From Octopus vulgaris (lineage: Eukaryota): a DNA stretch of 64,000 nucleotides. This document shows positions 53,703 through 64,000 of this stretch, piece after piece (within the stretch, counting starts at the first letter, position 1; the number at the start of each line of letters is the position of its first letter). Under the pieces are notes generated by a model. That model was given only the letters and a program-made list of their open reading frames with translations. It did no database searches and was not told the DNA's origin. Location of the stretch: the NCBI GenBank assembly GCA_951406725.2, contig OX597817.1:121024001-121088000 (forward strand). The letters run 5' to 3'. The position numbers were made by a program, and so were the translations under genes.

Positions 53703-55200
53703 ACACACAAATACATTGAGACAGACATAAAACTTGTTCAAAGGTTACAAAACAACTACTAATGTCTGTAAATACATGTCTGAAAGACATGAATCATGAC
53801 TTTCATTTCTTAAGGTGAGAGACTTAATCTAAGAAAGACAGAACAAAAAAGAATATCCTTACTGTGCTTAAGCAGATTTTAAAGAAAAGTAATTTAAGTA
53901 AATAAATAATGAATCTACCATTATTTTCCTTTGAAAATGATTGGTTATTTTATACCTCCCCATGCTCTCTTCACACACACACATGCACTAATAATGTATT
54001 GCATAATATTGTCAAATAATCCATAACAGGACAATCACCTTATCACAAAGACTTTTGGTTTTGACTGTTTCCAGAACAAAGAACAGAAAATTGGCATAGA
54101 AACAATGATACTAGCTTCAAGTTTCTAAGGATTATCTTGTCTGATGAGAAGAACGCTTTGAAAAATGTTACAGAAAACAATGTAACTGTCATGTGCTGTT
54201 GTGTGTCATTGCGCTATATCTTTCAGATAAATTTACCAGCTTAATTTTCTAATTTAGGAAACAATTTCAATCCCATTTTTTTTCTCCTTTTAGGTATATG
54301 ATTAAATAGCTGACATTGAAAAGGATAACATACACTTGGAAAATAGTTGTCCTAAAACAGGCTAAAAGTAAAAAAAAAAAAAAAAATAGAATTAAAAAAA
54401 AATACTGCTTTGTCATGTCTGTCTTGGAATTTGGGGAATCATGAAAAATATAAAGAAAATTGTATTCATAAAAAAAAAAGACACTAAGTGCATCCGGATC
54501 TTTTTAAAGAAAAAGACTATATCAATTTAAAAGCAACAAAGGAATTAAATGCATGTGTGAACAACTCTTAGTGTCATACCTTGTTAGAAAGAAACAATAG
54601 AAAGGAAATACTGAGGTATTAAATAGAGAAAAAGTATTTGAAGGCAGTACAAACAAAGGCAAAAAATAACAATAATAATAAAAGCTTTGAACTAGGAAAT
54701 CATCTGGAAAAGAGAAAAAAGATAAAGTAATACACACTGCATGGAGAGTTGCTAACAAGAATACTCTTGACATAAGCAGAAAACAAATGTGGCAAATTCA
54801 GATGAAGAATGAATAAAATGAATTGCCTGCAAAAGGAAGAGGACAGTTGGAGGATGGAAGATTGAAGATCCGTCACTTTCTTGACTCAAAGATTAACTGT
54901 AATATGTTGTTGTAATTTTTGTTGTTTAAAGAAAACTTGTCCCTGAATGAGCAAACCTATGATTTAAAGGTATTCCAACAATGACCAGCGCCCCGCTTTT
55001 TTTTATATATGTACCATTCTCCTATTTATGACATATGTATACTCAGGCATGACTTTACAGTTAAGAAGTTGACTTCACACACATAATACTTCAGATTCAG
55101 TCCCACTGCACAACAACTTAGGTAAGTGCCTTCTACTATAGTTCCTGACTGATCAATGCCCTGTGAAAAATTTGGTAGATGAAAACTGTGTGGCAGCCTG

Positions 55201-55238
<38 letters not shown>

Positions 55239-55242
55239 GTAT

Positions 55243-55475
55243 AAAATACAAAATGGGACAAGCACACAAAACGTCCGGACAACTAGGTGATACAAAAAGG
55301 GACAACAAAACATCCAGATAGACGATACAAAAAAACAAGGATGGGTCATTCGAAGCCTTTTATCCTCAGTCAAGAACCAGATCATCCTCGCAATTTTGGC
55401 TGATTAATCTTGAGATTGCTCCAATCTGGCCAGCCCCAAGGAAAATCTAAGCTAAGAGCATTAGATTCCTTGGAA
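55243..55475 (-). mobile_element. Unclassified CpG-retaining element in (TA)n with two adjacent hairpins
   Basis: CCAAGGAATCTAA..TTAGATTTTCCTTGG then GGCTG..CAGCC; T-rich tail. Confidence 0.45.
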
Positions 55476-55924
55476 ATATATATATGCCAGAGATCTTTGA
55501 CAAGGATAACATGGTTTTGCATTGTGCATCATGGATCTTTCAAGATCCATGTTAATCAATACACCTACAATATTATTAGTCCTTATTACATAATACATAT
55601 GGTTATGGTACCAGATTTTGTTTACTTGAAATAGCTGTAAAGGTTGGGCTTGAATGCACCATTTATTTATATATGCAACTTTCCATATAAATGCACTTCT
55701 TGCACTTACTCTTTTGTTTATGTTTTTTTTTTTTACTTCCATTCTTGCTCAATGCAGATCTTTCTTATAGTCAGCATCATATACTAAACCTACCTGCCCT
55801 AGATGAAGTAGTTGGAATTTAAGTTTTTGGATATACCTGAACACTACTTAGTTATCATCATCATCAGCATAATGTCTACTTTTCTATGCTTTCATGGATC
55901 AGATGAATTTCATTGAGACTGATT

Positions 55925-56055
55925 GTAAGCCTAGTACTTATTCTATCAGTCTCTTTTACTGAACTGCTAAGTTACGGAGACGTAAACACACCAGCATTGG
56001 TTGTTAAGCAATATTGGTAGGACAAACACAGACACACAAACATACACACAGACAC

Positions 56056-56090
<35 letters not shown>

Positions 56091-56257
56091 CATACATACA
56101 ATGGGCTTCTTTCAGTTTCCGTCTACCAAATCCACTCACAAGGCTTTGGTTGGCCTGCGGCTATAGTAGAAGATACTTGCCCAAGGTGCCACGCAGTGGG
56201 ACTGAACTTGGAACCATGTAGTTGGTAAGCAAGCTACTTACCACACAGTCACTCCAC
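55925..56257 (-). mobile_element. SINE family A, tail-truncated
   Basis: Colinear with other copies. Confidence 0.9.
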
Positions 56258-56943
56258 TGAAGATTGCAGATGAATAACACAACTTGCATGACTATGATAT
56301 TTGTTGGTAACTCTATTGCATGATGATGTTAAGATGAGCACACACACACACTGGACATTTTTTCAGTTTCTGTGTACCAGATCCAATCTCAAGGCTTTGG
56401 TCGGCCTAGAGTTATAGTAGAAAACATACCTAAGGTGCTATGCAGTGGGACTGGACCCCAAATCATGTGATTGTAGAATAAATCTTTTAAGCCATACAGC
56501 CATGCCTGCATTTGTAAATAAGCATACATACACACAGACATACCTAGATATAGTCTCTATTTAATAGTTTGTTTTATGATCATTTCTACACCAGGTTGTC
56601 AAAATGATCACAGTGCAAATTAATAAGTAAAACGTATGAGACACTTCACTTGAATTTTGTATTGAGTGCTACATATAAAGGCAATCAACTTTGATTAAAC
56701 TAAATTCAGCAAAGACATAGAAAATACACACAAATGTGTATAATGAGCTTCTAGCAATCACCAGATTCATTTACAAAGTATTGATAAGCTTCAGGCTATG
56801 GTAGAAGACACTCACTCACCCAAGGTGCCATACAGTGAGGTTGACTCTGGAACCATGTGGTTCTGAAGTGAACTTCTTTATCAGACACTCATGCCTGCAT
56901 TTATAACTTCTTAAACATTCAGCCAAATTTTTACCCATGTATG

Positions 56944-57005
<62 letters not shown>

Positions 57006-57295
57006 AGTGTACATGCTGTAAAGTGGTTTGCATTAGGAACAGCATCTGGCCATGGAAACCATAGCTAATAAACACTGGAACGCAATGCTATCTTTCAGTT
57101 CATTGGAACCTGTGAAATTGTCTAACACGTGTCACTATGGAACATAGACATTACATGATGATGACAATGATATATATATACAAATATATATTTAGATATG
57201 TGTATATACAATCTTTACACACACACACACATACATTTATTTATTTGTATGTATGTGATTATACAAGGAGGGAGACCCAGATAGAGAGAGAGAGA

Positions 57296-57359
<64 letters not shown>

Positions 57360-58681
57360 CGTGTTTATGTATATCATAACATACAAAATATGTCTATGGT
57401 GGGAGGGGCTGGATGTGATTAATTTTGTTTCATGATTGATAGTTTCTATTTATCAATTCTAATAACTTGGTAACCTTTGACAGTCATTTGGGCTAATTTT
57501 ATATAATATTGATCAGGAAGGCACTAACAACTAAGAGATTAATATATTATAGGCTAATTTCAAATTCTACAAATGGGCTTTCCATTAGACACAACAGGGA
57601 GACGTTTCTCATACTAAATAAAAGAGGCTATTGTAAATCAAGCCAAGCAAATTTAGCATTATGTTTGAATTTGAAATCTCATAAAATATCATTGACACCT
57701 TTTAAATCCCAAAGTAGAGAAAACGTTGTGAGCCTGATTCAGAAACTTGCCTGCATTTTATGGCCTATTTAAATTCATTTTGCAAACATGTGTATTTAAA
57801 AACTACTGCTTGGCTCAAGGTTGACTTCTTCATGAATATAAAGTATTGAATTCGCTCTTACTTCTTGCTAATGAACTGATGATATGAAAGGGCGGTGAAT
57901 AAAGCCACTACATAAGGAGCGGGAACAGTAAATCAAAATGTGAAATCAATGATAAAGCTAACAACCATCTGAGTTCCGTGATGGCTAACTGGTCAGTTAT
58001 AATACTTAATTATAGAGCAGGGAATACAGAAGCTACAATCTTGTGATCACAATAACATCAAAGTCACAGGCTTTGGCAGAACTTTTATGTATATTTACAG
58101 TAAGTACGTGAGCATTTGTTGAGATATTTACACATAGATTTATATGTATATTCATAGGTGTGTCTACGAAATGTTATACTGTAAACCCTCACCAATCACC
58201 ACCACCATTATAGTATTCCTGCTCCTCCTCCTCTTTCTCCAATCATCAACTATATATGACATACATACTAATCATTGCAATATTGGTCTGCTTAAGAAGT
58301 AATGTTGACTCTTATAATTCTCCTACTAATTCATTTTCACCGGTCATTGATGATGTAAAAACAGTAGTAGTAATAGTAGTGGCAACAGTAGCAGCAGCAG
58401 TAGTAGTCTCTAAGAAAGCATAATTAATAATGACCGTTCAGCAATCTGATGACTGTTTTCCAGATTATTAATCAAATATTAAAAATATTAGCTTGATTTA
58501 GGTCAAAGAATTTTCAAACTGTCAAACTTAGTCTAAAACAATTTGGAGGTTGATAATAGTGCTATGTTAGTGGCACTGATTTGGTATAACAGTGGTATGA
58601 CAATGGCATGTGCATATATATATATATATGCACATGCCACTACCATATACCATACCATATATACACATATATATGCATATA

Positions 58682-58718
<37 letters not shown>

Positions 58719-58829
58719 GCATATATCTGCATATATATGCATATATATATATATGTATATATATATTTATATATATGTCCGCATATATATGTAATTACAT
58801 TTATATATTTGCATATACATATATATATG

Positions 58830-59360
58830 CATAAACCCCTTCGCCCCATGACTTTATCCTTTACAGAAAAAATGGCCAATGAAGACAGCTATATACACCT
58901 ACACCCCACCAAAAAATTATTCATATGTCACTGCTACACATACCACACAACCCATTCCCAGAGGAACACCACATTAATAATACACACTTTACCCACTTCA
59001 AAATAACTCTTGCCAGCTTCACAGCATACCCAACTAAATAACATGACTCCTAAACTAACCCCCTTGCTCCTTTTTTTGTTCCACCACTTTTTCCACAGCA
59101 GCTGTTGATCAGTTGTGCTAATCCACCTTCGACAATAGTGAGCAGTTGCCATATTCCCTTCCATATCAGCTACCTCTGATGAGCACAAAGTTATATAATC
59201 CGTTTGTTACCTAATTCTCCATTGTATTTTTTATGCAAAACTGATTGGTAAGACCAGCCGTGATGGAAATTTAATACTATACATTTCGGATAATATACCT
59301 ACTCTACTGACAGATATATGAGTGCATCTTTTCCCTAACTTATGGTCTCTTAGATGACTC
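58830..59360 (+). mobile_element. PLE-like 3' end with HHR at 59171-59250
   Basis: [16 protein letters not shown] resembles a GIY-YIG ORF end; C/A-rich UTR; TACC-T-CTGATGA-GCACAAAG...TTTTATGC-AAAA-CTGATT-GGTA; last 200 bp homologous to 49835-50035. Confidence 0.65.
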
Positions 59361-59641
59361 ACATGTATATATTTATATAATGATAAGTTGCCATAATGAT
59401 AATAGTGTTGGTGGCAATGGTGATGATATTAGAGAAAATGAGTTTATGATACATATGTATATACATGTATATGTATCATATATGTCTGTATATATGTACA
59501 TATATATACATATATGTCCGTATATATGTATACATATATATGTTTGTATATACATGCCCCTTGTATTTGAATACTATGCAAATATTTTTTTTTTAAACTT
59601 TTCTTTTAATTTTTCCAAAATTTAATTGTTTTCCATACTTA

Positions 59642-59677
59642 CAGTTGAAAAAGTCTCAATGACTGAAACCGGTACTG
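59642..59677 (+). ncRNA. Minimal type I HHR with two core transitions, in element 59554-59765
   Basis: CAG-UUGAAAA-AGUC(UCAAU)GACU-GAAA-CCGG-UA-CUG; stems I, II and palindromic III intact. Confidence 0.7.
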
Positions 59678-59795
59678 AAATGTTTTTTATAAAATTATTT
59701 TAGCATTTTCTACCTTGACTTTTGTTTCCATATATATCAACTCATGTGTTCCTTTTCAACCTTCTACACACACACAAACACACACACACACACAC

Positions 59796-59844
<49 letters not shown>

Positions 59845-61489
59845 GTATGTACATACATACACACATATGCATATTTATGTATAAAATAAGTAGGTTTATA
59901 GGTATATATATATATATGTGTGCATATATGTATATATACATATATATGTATCTATGTATATATATATGTGTACACATACATGCATACATATGTAGGTATA
60001 TATGTATACATACATATTGGTAGTTATAAATGAATATGTACATATATACATATTTGTATGTGTATATATATGTGTCAGTATATACATATATATTATATTT
60101 ATGTATATATACATATATGTATGCATATATACATACATATGTGTATGTATGCCTGTATGTATATGTGTGTGGTTGTGTGTATGTGTTGTTAGTATTGTAA
60201 AGCAAAAAATTTTTTTGTGTAATGGTTGGCCAGTCTCTAGGTGAGGGCATCAAGCTGTTTATGGATGAAATGACCTACTGCAGATATGAATTGAAACAAA
60301 TGAGTTTGTTGAACTGTGTTTTGCCAAAGAAATAGCACTGGTTGATTGATTTTTATTTTAGTCTGCACTGACGTCATAGCTTAGCTAGCTGCCAAGCATG
60401 ATGGGAAGAATTTAATTTATTACAAGATAAGAAAGGCTTCATATAACAGGATTTATTCTTCAGCTAGTTTCTGCTGTGTCAAATTTATTTTCACTTATTT
60501 ATTTATATACTTGCTTTTTTTTTTATAGTTAAGTGTATTGTAATTTAAGATTAGGTTGTTAATGTTTAAATTTTCTTTCATTCTTTATTTATCTTTTATT
60601 TTCCAATGTGGAACTTGAAGATTATCAGGAAGAACTTTTGTTGCATATTGATGTCTCAAAGATGACAGAATGCTGATGTATGTAATATCAGTTTAGTTAG
60701 TAGAAGCTAAATCACAATAACACACCCTACTAAATCACTTATATGAGCTTTGGGTATTCTGGATTAAAACTAGGAATGAATGGTAGCAACAATGCTATAT
60801 TATTCTACATTTCCAAGGTAAAATAAACCAGGCATTAATCTCCAAAATGATTCTTATCCTTTCCAGGAATTAGTTTTAAGCTGTTTATTTATGCTAAATT
60901 CTTTCTCATTTGGTCTAGTTAAGACCCTGAAATTGCAGTGATAATTTATAAGAGAAATTTAATTAGTTGTATTGTTAAGTTGTAGAGTATAAGGTTTTGT
61001 ATTTCACACAAAATCCCTGCCAATAAGGGTCATACTGTTTTGTCAGTATTCGTTGCCAGGTAGTAAAATTATCACCAAGGTAACATGCTGATCTTAATTC
61101 CATGGTTACAAAATTTCATTGTAGTATAGAAAACTAGTCATTGAAATCAAATAAAATTCATCTTGAATTTTTTCTGATTTTCACTAGAATAAGAACTTGG
61201 AACTAAATGTATAATTTACTTGCAGAATAAAATCAAATGTTAAAATTTCTTCTTTTCTCCTGTAGCTTGTACTTCATGAAGAAAAGAAAAAGCACCTCAA
61301 AGTTATTTAGATTAAAATCTAAATGTTTATTAAGTTCTAAATGTCAATTTTTTGTTGTCTTCTTTTTGTAAAGACTCTTTTTATTTTAAATTTGACATAC
61401 CTTCACCAATGCTCACTGAGATTGGATGCTTTTTCTTTCAATTTTTTTTTTCTCTGGAACAATCATGGATAGTTTTCTGACTTTGTGTT

Positions 61490-61540
61490 ACTTACCTGCA
61501 AAATAAAAGAGAAAGCTTTTTTTATTTTTTTCCGTCAGTC
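61490..61540 (-). promoter_or_regulatory. Candidate recursive splice site
   Basis: CTGAC branch-like motif, CTTTCTCTTTTATTTTGCAG acceptor abutting GTAAGT donor (junction 61496/61495). Confidence 0.5.
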
Positions 61541-63298
61541 TGACAAACATGTGTAAATACTGAAGTTGAAGCTAATATACTTAATGCAACAAGCCAAAAG
61601 CATTTTAATTAATGAAAATTACATTCTCAATTAGAAGGAAAAAAAAAACACCCATTAACTTAATGATTAATTGTGGGTGAAAAATGTACAGGGAGACAAC
61701 TCAGAAATTTTTAATGATATAACACTTTTGTTATATTTTTGTTAAAATACAATGTTTTGTTGCAACTAATTTTGAAAATAATGATGACTTTAGTAAAATA
61801 TTTTGTCAGTGTTAATAAAATATTTTATCAATATTAATAAAAATTCTTATCAGTATCAATATGGTATTTTGAAGATAAATTAGCATGAAATTTTGATGAA
61901 ATGTTTTAATTTAGATCACTTAAAACAAAGAATTGCATATCATAGAAGCAGGGGCAGTTTCAAGTTGGCTGGTTTTAAAACTAAATATATGTCATGGTAA
62001 ATGAGTTGGTAAATATGGTGACAACTTTGGATGTCATAGGCTTAGGCCTCCTCAGTGAAGCATAATTCATTACCCACCCTTATCATACCTTAGATGGTTA
62101 AGAGGAGTAAATAAGACCAAGAGATGTCTGGAGCTGTCCTTACACCTACTGAAGATAAGATTTATTCTTCTCTATAAGCCCTCATTCACTTTTGATTAAT
62201 TGAAATTTTGGAGTTGCCTCTTCTACCTTTCTTGTATAGAATTAATAATTAAGCTAATAGCTTTATTTTTCTACTCTCATCAGTTGTGATCCTAATTAAT
62301 TAAAAATTTTCAGCTCACTTCATTGTGTTACCACACACACTTAACTGTTTGTTCTTCATGCAGAATGCCTTCCTGAGTAATTTTTCTTGATAATTCTTTA
62401 GCAAACAGACTAAAATGTCTTGCTCAGCAGCACACCACAAAAGATGTACCAAGGTTTAGGCAGAGTCAGTAGATTATCAGATAAAAGACCATGTGATTAT
62501 TTTGTCATATTCTGAGTTTGAATTTCACCATGCCTTTCATTTTTCTAGGTCCAATAAAATAAGTATCAATCAAGTATTGTGGTTGATTTAATTGACATTT
62601 CTTTCTCCCTGAATTTGTGACCTCTTGTGATAGAAGTCGTTGTATCTTATTTTATCTGGTATATTTCTACTCACATTCTGTCCATGGAAACATGTCACAT
62701 GTATTTTTAGTTAGGTGACAACATTTCATAGTTATATGTTTTCGAAATTTAATAATGAAGGAAAAAAAAATTCTCTATTCAGAAAGCATGTTTTTATTGC
62801 TAAGCAAGGCATATAATAAAAAAAAAATCTAGATTTTGATCTTAACCAATTGATTGGCTGCCAAGCAGAAGTAAAAAAATAAGTTTGTCACTGAGAGAGT
62901 AAGTACAAAATGAACTTAGTTCAGTGTAGAAAATAAATCTCATGTTAAGTTATTTCATCCACTGTCAATTATGTTAAATAAATAAATAGTTAAATAAATA
63001 AATAGATAAATAAATAAACCTATTTTAAAATTCAAATTTTGTCTGAAATACTGGAGTATGAAAAAAGTGTCTACTGATCAAAGTCGTTTGCTTATAGTGG
63101 CAGAAAAGTTGCTTGCTCTGACATGGCTATGTATATAATATGTGAGAGCTAAAATTTAGTGAATCACTGCTGGGAGGCATCTGAGATAAAAGAAAGAAAG
63201 CATAAACCAAAGACTTGATAACAAAGAGTTATATAAAATCTAAAATATGCTATGACCATACAAGATAATAAGATGATGCTGGGATAATATGGAATTAA

Positions 63299-63510
63299 CC
63301 CTTTAGAATTTAGATTATCCTGTCAAGTGTAATACTCATTTATTCACATCGATGTGAATTAGTCATGCATTATTTTGTAGCTTTAAAATTTCAATGACAT
63401 GAGTGTTTATTTTTAGAATAATATTGTAAGGTAAGTGTGAGAGGCCAGATCTAACTAGTTTGAACATAAAACAGGTAGAATATTTTGGTTGGCATAAATG
63501 GGCTAAAGGG
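63299..63510 (-). mobile_element. piggyBac-type MITE, third copy, inverted
   Basis: TTAA-CCCTTTAG ... CTAAAGGG-TTGA; body is the reverse complement of 6594-6811. Confidence 0.78.
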
Positions 63511-63579
63511 TTGAACTTAATAGCAACTGCATGTCCAATGTCCCCTGTTCTCTCAAAGATTCCTTGTCTTTCGAAGTCA

Positions 63580-63886
63580 TTTGGTGACACTGCCAGTACT
63601 AGTGCTTCTTAAAAAGCATCTAGTCCACACTGTAAAGTGGTTGGCATTTAGAAGACATCCTACTGTAAAAACTAAGCCAAAACTGACCTCACCAGTGCTG
63701 GTGCCACGTAAGAAGCACTCAGTCCACTCTGTGGGGTGGTTAGTGTTAGGAAGGGCATCTGACCATAAAAACTGTGCCAAAACAGACACAGAAGCATGGT
63801 GCAAGCTTCTGCTTGGCCAGTTCCTGTCAAACCATCCAACCCATGCCAACATGGAAGGAGGACATTAAACAGTGATGATGATGATG
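63580..63886 (+). mobile_element. SINE family C with duplicated core
   Basis: Two GTGGTTRG..TTAG.AG..CATC blocks; (GAT)n tail. Confidence 0.8.
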
Positions 63887-64000
63887 TGAGATAGAAATCC
63901 TGAGATAGAACAAATAAATAAACTTTAATGAAATGACTATTTTCTTATTTTTGTTTGCCACCCTCCCTCCGTAGTCAACTCTGATCAAGCAAAATACTAA

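Noticed and set aside
53781-53805. TGAAAGACATG resembling the 5' end of miR-71
   Set aside because: Only 11 nt match and the hairpin is far too short
50830-54300. Three plus-strand TAG|GTATA junctions (near 50848, 52853, 54293)
   Set aside because: Weak donors, expected by chance in T-rich DNA
58016-58099. HNNIKVTGFG as a kinase DFG-like exon
   Set aside because: Asp missing and no other kinase motifs or linked exons

Overview
AT-rich, microsatellite-saturated animal DNA. The dominant tRNA-derived SINE families and compound (TA)n/(CA)n/(ATA)n tracts look like an octopus (coleoid cephalopod) genome; this is inference from repeat sequence only. No multi-exon protein-coding gene can be assembled with confidence, and almost all listed ORFs are microsatellite or SINE artefacts. 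The window is a transposon graveyard: at least five SINE families, piggyBac-type and other MITEs, a hAT (Buster/Charlie) element with an internally deleted mariner nested in it, and fragments of RTE, CR1, R4/Dong and Penelope-like (PLE) retroelements. The most notable signal is a set of type I hammerhead ribozyme (HHR) motifs in at least four unrelated short elements, all lodged in TA/CA microsatellites. One HHR is fully intact (34799-34861, minus) and lies between perfect 118-bp inverted arms, the second of which restarts at the predicted cleavage site. Other candidates: a recursive (zero-length exon) splice site at 61495/61496 (minus), two divergent putative first exons at 17.9-19.5 kb, and a structured SINE-like element without a sense tRNA head.
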